A stretch of DNA of 64,000 bases from Dehalococcoidia bacterium (lineage in GTDB: Bacteria; Chloroflexota; Dehalococcoidia; Bin125), in assembly GCA_963663235.2 (NCBI GenBank), contig CAXXNO010000005.1, positions 32,001 through 96,000 on the forward strand, in the 5' to 3' direction. The first letter of the stretch is position 1. The number at the start of each line of letters is the position of its first letter. Shown piece by piece: positions 18,952 through 28,942 of the stretch. A program made the translations under genes and the position numbers. The notes below the pieces were generated by a model, which did no database searches, was not told where the DNA came from, and saw only the letters and a program-made list of their open reading frames with translations.

Positions 18952-20036
18952 GCGATCCCCCGACGGCGCCGGGCGGCTCGCTCGGCGACGGCCGGGCCGC
19001 GGACGTTCTCGATCTGCCCGCTGACCCGGTCGCGTTCGCGGCGGAGTGCATACGGCGCAACTGGTCCAACGGACTGCCGCTCATCCCGCCGACGGAAGAG
19101 CGCGTCGCAGCCATGCTCGCCGAGGCGGGTCGGGACGCCCTGCAAGTGATCGCGGTGCTCGCGCCTCGCCAAGGGGAGGCGACCGTGCAAGCGATCGCCA
19201 CGAACGCGGTCATGGCCGGCTGCGAGCCGAAGCATCTGCCCATCGTCGTGGCAGCCGTACAGGGAATCGGCAGCGCGCGGTTCAACGTCGACGCCATCAA
19301 CGCGACGACGCACCCGTGCGCCGTCTTGGTGCTGGTCAACGGACCGATCGCGCGAGAGGCCGGCATCCATGGCGGCAGCGGTTGCTTCGGGCCCGGGTAT
19401 CCCGCCAACGCAACCATTGGTCGGGCCGTGCGACTCGTGCTGCTGAACGTTGCCGGGGCTCTCCCCGGTCACGGGGACAACGCCACGCAGGGCACGCCCG
19501 CCAAGTTCGCCTTCTGTGCCGCGGAGCGGGAAGATGCCAGCCCGTGGCCGCCATTTCACACCACGCGTGGCCTCGCGCCGGCAGAAAGCGCCGTGACCGT
19601 CTTCGCCTGTGAGGGACCGCACAACATTCAGGACCACGGCAGCAACACGGCGGACGGTGTTCTCAAGACGATCGCCGGCGCGATGGGTCAGGCCGGCAGC
19701 AACAACATCCTTGCCCGCGGCGAGCCCCTCCTGGTCTTGGGTCCGGAGCACGCCGCCACGATCGCGGCCGAAGGCTGGGGGCGCGAGGAGATCCAGGAGT
19801 TCCTCTTCAAGCACGCTCGCTACCCCAACGACCGGCTTTCCCCTGAGTTCTTGGATGTCGTCCAGCAACGACTGCAGGGCGACGAAGGCGGCACGCCCAT
19901 CGACATCACAGCCCCGTTACCGATCTCCGACCGGGCTGAGGAGATCCACATCATCGTCGCCGGCGGGCCCGGCAAGCACTCGGCCTGGATGCCGTCGTTC
20001 GGCGGCATGACCCGTCCTATAACTGTGCCGCTCTGA
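18948..20036 (+). CDS. Conserved hypothetical protein, UGSC-partner family
   Basis: WSNGLPLIPPTEERV, NAVMAGCEP, VNGP, ANATIGRA.RL, E....PW, V.GGPG; translationally coupled to the UGSC gene (GTGA overlap). Confidence 0.85.
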   Translation: MSDPPTAPGGSLGDGRAADVLDLPADPVAFAAECIRRNWSNGLPLIPPTEERVAAMLAEAGRDALQVIAVLAPRQGEATVQAIATNAVMAGCEPKHLPIVVAAVQGIGSARFNVDAINATTHPCAVLVLVNGPIAREAGIHGGSGCFGPGYPANATIGRAVRLVLLNVAGALPGHGDNATQGTPAKFAFCAAEREDASPWPPFHTTRGLAPAESAVTVFACEGPHNIQDHGSNTADGVLKTIAGAMGQAGSNNILARGEPLLVLGPEHAATIAAEGWGREEIQEFLFKHARYPNDRLSPEFLDVVQQRLQGDEGGTPIDITAPLPISDRAEEIHIIVAGGPGKHSAWMPSFGGMTRPITVPL

Positions 20037-20233
20037 CTCTCGCCCGCCCCGCTGGAGCGTGCCGCCGTGTCGCGTCCGAATCCTCCACGAGCGGTCCATC
20101 GTGGCAAGACCGCTGCTAGACTCCCGCCTGGGCGGTGTCGGAGAAGCGGGACGAGCGCCGTCGCTCTCCGCTCGCATCGATGGCCCGCGGGCCCTCGGAG
20201 GCCCGCTTTTGCATCTGACGAGGAGATCGCCCG

Positions 20234-22048
20234 GTGACACCGAGTGACGGTAGCGCGACGGCATCCGCCATCGATCCGATCCAGCTTCTCATCATGGCCA
20301 ACCGCCTCGACGGCGTCGTCCGCGAGATGACCAATACGCTCGTGCGCACCGCCCAGTCCGCCACCCTCGCCGCCCGTGATCTCTCCACCTCTATCTCCAG
20401 CGCAGACCACGAGCTCTTCGCCGCCCCCGAAGGCATCCCCGTCCACGTCTACGGCTCCGGCCTCCTCTGCGAGGCCATGGCCGAGATCCATCCCGACTTC
20501 AAGGAGGGCGACGCCTTTCTCCACAACGATCCCTACCTGGGCAACACCCACGCCGCCGACCACACCGTCTTGGTACCCGCCTTCTGCGAGGGCGAGCACG
20601 TCTTCACCATGTGCGTCAAAGCGCACCAGGCGGACATCGGCGATTCTCTCCCGACCACCTACATGCCCAAAGCGGTCGACGTGTACGCCGAGGGTGCCCT
20701 CATCTTCCCCTGCGTCCGCATCCAGGAGCACTACAAAGACGTGGCGGACATCATCCGCATGTGCGAGAAGCGCATCCGCGTTCCTGAGGTCTGGTACGGC
20801 GACTATGTGGCCATGATCGCGGCGGCCCGGGTAGGCGAGCAGGGCGTCAAGGAGTTCTGCGCCAAGTTTGGCCTGGAGACCGTGAAGGCCTTCGTGCGCG
20901 AATGGCTCGACTACTCTGAGCGCCTCGCCGACGCCGCGATCCGACGCCTCCCTGCCGGCCGCCTCCACGCCAGCTCGACCTTCGATCCCTTCCCGTACCT
21001 CCCGGAGGGTCTAAAACTCCAAGCCAACATCGACGTCGATCCGGACGCGGGCCACGTCACCGTGGACCTGCGCGATAACCCCGACTGCATCCCCACCGGG
21101 CTCAACCTCAGCCGCGCCACCGCCACGAACGGCGGCATCTCCGGCGTCCTCATGGTCCTCAACTCCATGCGCGATGTGCAGACCCAAGTCCCCAACAACG
21201 CCGGGACTTTCCGCCGCATCCACGTCCTGCTCCGCGAGAACTGCGTCGTCGGAATCCCTGTCCATCCCACCTCCTGCTCCATGGCCACCACCGGCATTGC
21301 TTGTCACCTCGAGAGCATGGTCGAATCTGCCTTCGCCCGTCTGCGGGACGGCATCGGTCTAGCGGAGCCCGCTCGGGGACAGGGGCCGTACATGGCGGTC
21401 GTGTCCGGCTTCGACCGGCGCCGCAACGAGCCCTACACGCTTTCGTTGTTCACCGGCAGCGCCGGCGGCCCGGGCGGTCCCGACGTCGACGGCTGGCTCA
21501 CGTTCCTGATGCCTGGCTCGGCCGGCGTGCAATATATCGACGCGACCGAGCTGCTCGAGCAGAAATATCCCTTCCTCGTCTTCGAGATGCGAGTCCGGCC
21601 CGACTCCGAAGGCGCGGGTCGTCAGCGCGGCGCGCCCGGCGGCATCACCGTCTATGGCCCCCTGGACGACCCCCAGGAGGTCCACTACTCCATGGATGGC
21701 ATGATCAACGCTCCGAAAGGCGTGCAGGGAGGCGGCCCCTCCCGCGGACCGGCGGCGCAGCTGATCGACCGCCAGGGCGCGACCCACGATCTGCCGAGCA
21801 TCGTTGGCGAACAGACGCTGCACGCCGGAGAGCGGATCGTCTCGCTCTCGTCCGGCGGTGGTGGCTACGGTGACCCCTTCACCCGTGATCTGGACGCAGT
21901 CCTTCGTGACGTCGTCGACGGCTACGTCAGCGTCGACCGCGCCAGTGAGACCTACGGTGTCGTCGTCACCGGCGACCCCACCCGTGTCGAAACCCTCGCC
22001 GTCGACCGTCAAGCCACCGCAGCATCCCGGGCGCGCGGGCGCCCGTAG
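20234..22048 (+). CDS. Hydantoinase B/oxoprolinase family protein (clade II)
   Basis: DPIQLL, PVHVYG, HNDPYLGNTHAAD, KAHQAD, DSEGAGRQRG, GGGGYGDP. Confidence 0.92.
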   Translation: MTPSDGSATASAIDPIQLLIMANRLDGVVREMTNTLVRTAQSATLAARDLSTSISSADHELFAAPEGIPVHVYGSGLLCEAMAEIHPDFKEGDAFLHNDPYLGNTHAADHTVLVPAFCEGEHVFTMCVKAHQADIGDSLPTTYMPKAVDVYAEGALIFPCVRIQEHYKDVADIIRMCEKRIRVPEVWYGDYVAMIAAARVGEQGVKEFCAKFGLETVKAFVREWLDYSERLADAAIRRLPAGRLHASSTFDPFPYLPEGLKLQANIDVDPDAGHVTVDLRDNPDCIPTGLNLSRATATNGGISGVLMVLNSMRDVQTQVPNNAGTFRRIHVLLRENCVVGIPVHPTSCSMATTGIACHLESMVESAFARLRDGIGLAEPARGQGPYMAVVSGFDRRRNEPYTLSLFTGSAGGPGGPDVDGWLTFLMPGSAGVQYIDATELLEQKYPFLVFEMRVRPDSEGAGRQRGAPGGITVYGPLDDPQEVHYSMDGMINAPKGVQGGGPSRGPAAQLIDRQGATHDLPSIVGEQTLHAGERIVSLSSGGGGYGDPFTRDLDAVLRDVVDGYVSVDRASETYGVVVTGDPTRVETLAVDRQATAASRARGRP

Positions 22049-22347
22049 GGCCTCGGCCGCGCCGAGGCAGGGATCTCGCTTGCGAGCCGTCCCGCGACTC
22101 CGGAGAATGCCGAAAGAGGAAGATCAGGGCCACGCTCAACGAACAGATCAGTGGGGGGCAGGGATTCCGCATCGTCATGTCGTTGCCGGAACGTTCCACG
22201 CGGAGCCTTGAGGAGGGCCGTCGTCTGGTGGGCCCGTGATGAGGCTGGAGTAGAAGCCGGTCGAACACCCGCGTCCGCCATGCCGTCTCTCCTAGAGGAC
22301 GTGTGTGCCATGGTCGGCCGCGGGCGAATTGGAAAGAGGGAACGCAC

Positions 22348-22878
22348 GTGAAAAGCGAGTTCACAACCCAGCAGGAGCTCGACGCGGGGCTCTCGCACGT
22401 CCTCGAGTCGCCTCAGGACGGCGGAAGGTTGGAGGCCATCTTCGTCCGGCCGGCAGTGGACAAGCGCGAGTCTCCGGAGACGGCCTCGCTTTCGCCTGCC
22501 GGCGGCGTTCACGGCGACAAGTGGGCGTCCTCCGGGGCAGATCCCCGCGCGCAAGTGACGCTCATGAACGCTCGGATTCTCAACCTGGTCGCGGGAAGTC
22601 GCGACCGTTGGGCTCTTGCCGGTGACCAACTCATCGTCGACTTGGATCTGAGCCAAGAGAACCTCCCTGCCGGTCAGCGGCTGGCCATCGACGATGCGGT
22701 GCTGGAAGTGAGCGAGCTCCCCCACACCGGGTGCCAGAAGTTCTCGCAGCGCTACGGAACGACGGCGGCTCGATACATCAACGCGCCCGCGCGGGCGAGC
22801 CTCAACCTGCGCGGCGTCAACGCCATCGTGGTCAAAGCCGGGACCGTGCGACGCGGGAGCGAAGTGCGCAAGGTTTGA
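22348..22878 (+). CDS. MOSC-domain protein
   Basis: GVHGD, QVTLM, GDQLIVD, PHTGCQKF, RGVNAIVVKAGTV; start GTG 22348. Confidence 0.85.
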   Translation: MKSEFTTQQELDAGLSHVLESPQDGGRLEAIFVRPAVDKRESPETASLSPAGGVHGDKWASSGADPRAQVTLMNARILNLVAGSRDRWALAGDQLIVDLDLSQENLPAGQRLAIDDAVLEVSELPHTGCQKFSQRYGTTAARYINAPARASLNLRGVNAIVVKAGTVRRGSEVRKV

Positions 22879-23155
22879 GCTCCCAAGACCTCGGCGCTCA
22901 GACGGGGTCCGATTCCGCCGGAACGCCCCACGTGACTCTCACGGATCGGGACACGGTAATCCGGCGTCGAATTCGTCGTGAGAGGACCAACGGCGCTCCG
23001 CCGCGCGCGGCACGCCGACTCTCGCATTGAACCGACCGGAGGCGCGAACCGATGCGGGTCATGCGCAGCCTCGCCGCGCCGGCCCCGCCGGTGACGGCGG
23101 CGAGCGCTAGCATCGGACTCGGAGGCAGCCGCCTACCGCAAGAAAGGTCGGACGC

Positions 23156-23938
23156 ATGGGCATCCTCGACGGAAAAGTCGCGGTGATCACGGGCGGAGCC
23201 TCCGGCATCGGCGCCGAGACCGCCCGCCTCTTCGCACGGGAAGGCGCGCAACTCGTAATCGGCGACTTGCAGGCGGAGCGCGGACGGGCGCTGGTCGAGG
23301 AGATCGGCCGGGAAGGAGGCGACGCCACCTTCGCCCGCACTGACGTGACCCGGACGGAGGACGTGGCGGCGCTGATCGCCGCTGCCGTCGATCGCTGGGG
23401 CGGTCTCGACGTCCTGTTCAACAATGCGGGCATTCACGTGCATCAGGGCCTGCTCGTACAGAACTCGGTCGAGGAGTTCGATGAAGTCCTCGCCGTCAAC
23501 CTGCGCGGCCCGTTCTTGGGTATGCAACACGCCATTCCCCACATGATCGCACGCGGTGGCGGCTCCATTATCTGCACGTCGTCCACGGGCGCGCGGGTCG
23601 GGCACATGCGCAATGCCGGGTACTGCGCCAGCAAAGCGGGTGTGCTGGGTCTGGTGCGAGTCGCCGCGATTGAGTACGCGGACCAGAACATCCGCGTCAA
23701 CGCGATCCTGCCGGGGATCATCGCCACACCAATGGGGTTGGCGGATCCCTGGCTGCATGCGGCGAGCCCAGAGGAGCGAATGGCGACGCTGGCACGGTCC
23801 CAGCCGATCCCACGGGCGGGTTTGCCGGAGGACATCGCGCGGGTCGCGCTCTGGCTCGCCGGCGACCTCTCCGCCTGGGTCACCGGGCAGGAAATCGTCG
23901 CCGACGGCGGCTATCTCGCGGATTCGCAGCGAGGCTAG
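23156..23938 (+). CDS. Short-chain dehydrogenase/reductase
   Basis: TGGASGIG, NNAG, YCASK, IRVNAILPG, VTGQ..ADGG. Confidence 0.93.
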   Translation: MGILDGKVAVITGGASGIGAETARLFAREGAQLVIGDLQAERGRALVEEIGREGGDATFARTDVTRTEDVAALIAAAVDRWGGLDVLFNNAGIHVHQGLLVQNSVEEFDEVLAVNLRGPFLGMQHAIPHMIARGGGSIICTSSTGARVGHMRNAGYCASKAGVLGLVRVAAIEYADQNIRVNAILPGIIATPMGLADPWLHAASPEERMATLARSQPIPRAGLPEDIARVALWLAGDLSAWVTGQEIVADGGYLADSQRG

Positions 23939-24130
23939 ATCCGCGAAGTCGCACAGTCCTTCACTGCGAGGCCACCGAAAACACACGCTGAGCCGTCCCG
24001 GGCTCGGCGGCGTGCTGGTAAGTAGTGCTGCCCTTAGGCTCGGTGCTCGCGACGGACCAGTCCGGCACGATGGGCGCCCGATCAGACGTTCGGCGGGTCG
24101 TCCCGCTTGGGACCGGCGGATTCGGGAGTA

Positions 24131-25667
24131 TCAGGAGTCCGCGCGGAGCCGGAACCGCTGGATCTTGCCCGTCATCGTCTTCGGCAGGCTCGTCGCGAAC
24201 TCGACGACGTGAGGGTATTGGAACCGTTGCAGTCGCGTTTTGCACCAGGTTTGGAGCTCGCTGGTTAGATCGTCGTTCGGGCTCCCCTCATCACCCAGCA
24301 CGATGACGGCCTTGATCCGCATGATCCCATCAACCCGCACGCCGATCACGGCAGCTTCGTCCACGGCGGAGTGCTCCAGGAGCACGTTCTCAATCTCGAT
24401 CGGCGAGACCCATTCGCCGGCCTACCTTGATCATGTCATCCGCGCGCCCCTCGTACCAGTAGAACCCCTCCGCGTCGACCCTGTAACGGTCGCCGGTGAA
24501 CACCCACTCGCCTTGCATCGTCTCCCGGCTCTTCTCGCGACGGTGCCAATAGAACGGCGCCGCGCTTCCGCCCTTCACCAGGAGGTTCCCCGTCTCGCCG
24601 GGGGCCACGGGGCGGTCATAGTCTCCAATGATCCGCAGCTCGTAGCCCGGCACGGGCTTGCCGCTTGAACCGGGCTTTACGGCGTCCGCCGTGTTGGAGC
24701 AGAAGATGTGCAGCAGCTCCGTCGATCCGATCCCGTCGAGGATCGTCAAGCCGAACTGCTCCTTCCGCCGTCTCCAGGTTTCCGGCGGCAGCGGCTCCGC
24801 GGCGGAGATGCAGAGCCGGACGGACGACAGGTCGAACGATGCAGAGGCCGGGTCGTTGAAGATGGCGTTGTAGAGCGTCGGCACAATGCAGAAAACCGTG
24901 GGGCGGTAGCGCTGCACGGCCTCCAGGACACCCTGAGGAGTCGGACGCCCGGGACTGAAGATGCTTGACGCCCCCACCCAGAAGGGAAAGGTGATGGCGT
25001 TGCCCAGCCCGTAGGCATGGAAGAGGACGCGTCCGAAGACGATGTCGTCTTCGCGGATCTGCAGGACGTGACGAGCATATGTCTCGCAGGTGTACGGGAT
25101 GTCTCTGTGGAGGTGGACCACCGCTTTCGGGTTCCCGGTGAAACCGGAGCTGTAGAGCCAAAAGGCCATGTCATCGCGATGGGTGTTTGCCGGCGCCAGC
25201 ACCCCGGGCCGATCGTCGAGCAGGTCTTGCATTCGATGCGCGTCCGGTCGTTTCTCCCCAGTGTTGATGATCGTCACTCGCCCTCGTCGATCCTTGAGAG
25301 CCTCGCTCAGCGGATCGAGGAACTCGTCGTCAACGACGACGACGCGGGCGTCGCTGTCCTCGACGAAAAAGCGGTAGTCCTCCGCCCGGTAGCGTGGGTT
25401 CACGGGCACAGGCACCGCCCCGATCCGCGTCGCCCCGAAGAAGGCCACCGGGAAAGCGGGCGAGTCGTCGAGCACCAGCAGGATCCGCTCCTCCGGGCGG
25501 ACGCCCAACTCCGTCAGCGCGTTCCCCATACGGCACACGCGGTCGAAGAGCTCCTCGTAGGTCACCCGCTCATCGCCGCAATAGATCGCCACCTTGTCGC
25601 CGCGACCGGCATCAAGGTTGGCATCGAGGATCTCGCTGACGTTGTACCGTTCGGGTGGAACGAGCAT
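24131..25667 (-). pseudogene. Benzoate-CoA ligase family gene, frameshifted at about 24420
   Basis: FWLYSSG(F)TGNPK, FHAYGLGN, DGIGSTE, TGD, GRADDMIKV. A +1 base splits KVAGEWVSPIEIENVLLEH; the gene continues to LPKTMTGKIQRF. Confidence 0.85.
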
Positions 25668-25816
25668 GGTTTGCCCCGGCGCCACTCTCGGTTGCCGGCT
25701 CCGGTCACGAGAAAATCGACCGGCGCCGCCCCGTCCGCTCCCTGGGGCCAAGCGGCCGACGCCTCCGCGGAAGCCTATAATAGCGTCCGACGAACCGCCG
25801 GCTGGGAGGTGTGGCG

Positions 25817-27499
25817 ATGTCCCAGGATCCGCCGGCTGCATCGCACCCCCCGATCGACTTCGTGACGAACCCCGAGCAGTACCGGCACTGGGGTCTCTCC
25901 TTCCTCGGTTCAGTCGCCGTCCTCGAAATGCGCGTGCAGCCGGACCAACCGCTCCGGCCCGGCTACACGCTCAAGCGCAACTCCTACGACCTCGGCGTTG
26001 ACATCGAGCTGGCTGATGCGGTCCAACGCCTCCGGTTCGAGCACCCGGAGGTGGGCTGCGTCGTGATGACGTCCGCAGACGCGCAGGTCTTCTGTGCCGG
26101 CGCGAATATTCAGATGCTGAGCAGTTCCAGTCACGCGCACAAGGTGAACTTTTGCAAGTTCACCAACGAGACGCGGAACGCCATGGAGGACGCCTCGGCG
26201 CACTCCGGCCAGACCTACCTGTGCGCCCTGGCGGGCCCGGCGAGCGGGGGCGGCTACGAGCTGGCGCTGGGCTGCGACTACATCATGCTCATCGACGACG
26301 GCAGCTCCGCCGTCTCTTTGCCGGAGCTCCCGCTGCTCGGCGTGCTGCCCGGCACCGGCGGCCTCACGCGACTCGTCGATAAGCGCCGCGTCCGACGGGA
26401 CCGTGCGGACTACTTCTGCACCCTCCCGGAGGGCATTCGCGGTAAACGCGCGCTCCAATGGGGCCTCGTGGACGAACTAGTCCTCCGCTCGCGGTTCATG
26501 GACCTCGTGATGGAGCGGGCACGCGAGTTCGCCGGCCGATCGGACCGCCCGCGCGACGCCGAGGGAATCATCCTCAATCCAGTACCGCGCACGGTGGAAG
26601 CGGACGGCGTCCGCTACCCGCACCTGACGCTCGACATCGACCGCGAGAAGCGGGTCGCCGCCTTGTCGATCATGGGCCCGGCCGAGCCCCAACCGCAGAC
26701 GCCGGCGGAGATCAGAGCGGCCGACGCCGAGTTCTGGCCGCTCGCCTTCGCCCGGCAGCTTGATGACGCGCTGCTACACCTACGCCTAAACGAGGAGGAG
26801 ATCGGTACGTGGCTCTTCACGACGGAGGGCGACAACGGCCGACTGGCGGCGGTCGATGACGTCCTCGTTCGGCACGCCGACGATTGGCTGGTCCGCGAGA
26901 TCACGCTCCTGCTCCGACGCACCCTCAAACGTCTCGATCTCAGCGCCCGGAGCAGCGTCGCCCAGATTGAGCCGGGGAGTTGCTTTACGGGCACGCTGCT
27001 GGAAGTAGCGCTCGCCGCGGACCGCAGCTACATGCTGGACGGGACAGATGATGACGGCGCCCGCCCCGCGCCGGCGCTCCGGCTCACGCCGATGAATTTC
27101 GGACCGCTCACCATGAGCAACGGGCTGACCCGCCTGGCCACGCGCTTCCTTAACGATCCGGAACACATCGAGCGTCTTGAGGCGCGCGCTGGTATCGACC
27201 TCGACGCGCAAGCCGCGGATTCGCTCGGCCTCGTTACCTTTATCCCGGATGAGATCGATTGGGAAGACGAGGTGCGCCTCGCCCTCGAGGAGCGCGCGAG
27301 CTTCTCGCCGGACGCGCTGACGGGGCTCGAGGCAAACCTCCGCTTCCCCGGTCCTGAGACGCTTGAGACCAAGATCTTCGGCCGGCTCAGCGCCTGGCAG
27401 AACTGGATCTTCCAGCGCGACAATGCGGCAGGAGACGATGGCGCCTTGCGACGGTACGGGACGGGCCGGCCGCCCAAGTTCGACTGGAAGCGGACCTGA
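25817..27499 (+). CDS. boxC: 2,3-epoxybenzoyl-CoA dihydrolase BoxC
   Basis: NSYDLGVDIELADA, FCAGANI, KVNFCKFTNETR, LPELPLLGVLPGTGGL, SPDALTGLEANLRF.GPET.ETKIFGRLSAWQNWIF. Confidence 0.93.
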   Translation: MSQDPPAASHPPIDFVTNPEQYRHWGLSFLGSVAVLEMRVQPDQPLRPGYTLKRNSYDLGVDIELADAVQRLRFEHPEVGCVVMTSADAQVFCAGANIQMLSSSSHAHKVNFCKFTNETRNAMEDASAHSGQTYLCALAGPASGGGYELALGCDYIMLIDDGSSAVSLPELPLLGVLPGTGGLTRLVDKRRVRRDRADYFCTLPEGIRGKRALQWGLVDELVLRSRFMDLVMERAREFAGRSDRPRDAEGIILNPVPRTVEADGVRYPHLTLDIDREKRVAALSIMGPAEPQPQTPAEIRAADAEFWPLAFARQLDDALLHLRLNEEEIGTWLFTTEGDNGRLAAVDDVLVRHADDWLVREITLLLRRTLKRLDLSARSSVAQIEPGSCFTGTLLEVALAADRSYMLDGTDDDGARPAPALRLTPMNFGPLTMSNGLTRLATRFLNDPEHIERLEARAGIDLDAQAADSLGLVTFIPDEIDWEDEVRLALEERASFSPDALTGLEANLRFPGPETLETKIFGRLSAWQNWIFQRDNAAGDDGALRRYGTGRPPKFDWKRT

Positions 27500-27502
27500 G
27501 CA

Positions 27503-28876
27503 ATGGCGATCAACTATGGCGACCGGATCCCTAACAATGTCGACCTCAACGACGACCGGCGGCTACGGCGCGCCTTGGAGGTGTGGCAGCCCAGCTACCT
27601 GAAGTGGTGGCGGGATCTCGGTCCGCACGACTCGCAAGAGTTCAATGTGTACCTCCGCACCGCTACGCACGTAGGAGCGCGCGGGTGGGCGCACTTCGAC
27701 TACGTGAAGATGCCGGACTACCGTTGGGGCATCTTCCTCGCGGAGCCCGAGCCCGGCCGGACGATCCCTTTTGGAGACCATAAAGGGAAGCCGGTTTGGC
27801 AGGACGTTCCCGGCGAGTACCGCCCGCAGCTCCGTCGGCTCATCGTGACGCAAGGGGACACCGAGCCTGCCTCCGTGGAGCAACAGCGCTTCCTGGGATC
27901 GACCTGCCCGTCCATGTACGACCTTCGCAACCTGCTCCAGGTGAACGTGGAGGAGGGGCGCCACCTCTGGGCGATGGTCTACCTCCTGCAGGCGCACTTC
28001 GGCCGCGACGGCCGCGAGGAGGCCGAGGCGCTGCTGCAGCGGCACTCGGGTGACGCCGACCACCCGCGCATGCTGGGCGCGTTCAACGAACCGACGCCGG
28101 ACTGGCTCGCGTTCTTGGCCGAATCCGGCTTCGATCCGCTCGCCCGGACCTGCCAGTTCATGCTGACGGAGGAGGCCTACCACATGTTCGTGGGTGAGAC
28201 GGGCGGCCTCCGCGTCGCACAGCGGACCGCCGAGGTGATGCGCGACCTTCGCACCGACGATCCGGGGCGGCTCCGGCTCGCCGGAGTCATCGACCTCCCG
28301 ACCATCCAGCGCTACCTCAACTTCCATTACTGCGTATCGCTCGACCTGTTCGGGAGCGAGATCTCGACAAACGTGGCCACGTACTTCGGCGCCGGGCTCA
28401 AAGGTCGCTACCAAGAGGCCAAGATCACCGACGACCACCTTCTGACCGATATCACTTGGCCTGTCGACGTCGTGCGCGGCGATCGGATCGTGAGCGAACA
28501 GCATCCCGCGAGAACCGCGCTCAACGATCGCCTGCGCAAGGACTACATCGACGACTGCCAGCGCGGGGTGGAGCGCTGGAATCACGCGATCCATGACGCC
28601 GGCGTGGACGCCGCGCTCCGGCTCCCGCACCTTGGCTTCAACCGGCGGGTTGGGCAGTTCGCGGATGCCCGCGTCGCGCCGGACGGGCGGTTGCTCACCG
28701 AATCCGAATGGGAGGCGCAACGCTCGGCCTGGCTGCCGACCGACGACGACAAGGAGTTTGTGGCGTCGCTGATGGGACGGGTGGTCCAGCCGGGCGTCAT
28801 GGCGAGCTGGATCGCGCCGCCCGCGCGAGGAATCAACGGCCGGCCGCTTGATTTCGAGTACGTGCGCTTCAGCTGA
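27503..28876 (+). CDS. boxB: Benzoyl-CoA 2,3-epoxidase BoxB with an apparent internal in-frame deletion
   Basis: IPNNVDL, YVKMPDYRWGIF, QGDTEPASVEQQR, QVNVEEGRHLWAM, MLTEEAYHM, FEYVR. Confidence 0.9.
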   Translation: MAINYGDRIPNNVDLNDDRRLRRALEVWQPSYLKWWRDLGPHDSQEFNVYLRTATHVGARGWAHFDYVKMPDYRWGIFLAEPEPGRTIPFGDHKGKPVWQDVPGEYRPQLRRLIVTQGDTEPASVEQQRFLGSTCPSMYDLRNLLQVNVEEGRHLWAMVYLLQAHFGRDGREEAEALLQRHSGDADHPRMLGAFNEPTPDWLAFLAESGFDPLARTCQFMLTEEAYHMFVGETGGLRVAQRTAEVMRDLRTDDPGRLRLAGVIDLPTIQRYLNFHYCVSLDLFGSEISTNVATYFGAGLKGRYQEAKITDDHLLTDITWPVDVVRGDRIVSEQHPARTALNDRLRKDYIDDCQRGVERWNHAIHDAGVDAALRLPHLGFNRRVGQFADARVAPDGRLLTESEWEAQRSAWLPTDDDKEFVASLMGRVVQPGVMASWIAPPARGINGRPLDFEYVRFS

Positions 28877-28942
28877 CGGCGGCCTGAAGCAGCGGCGGCA
28901 GAATTCGGGAGGCGCCCGCCATGGCAGGCCGCGAGAAGTTCG

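Noticed and set aside
18387-20968. Long antisense ORFs (18387..19868, 19820..20968, and similar ones such as 2128..3192, 5992..7215, 27563..28720)
   Set aside because: Shadow frames of GC-rich genes, with no recognisable motifs
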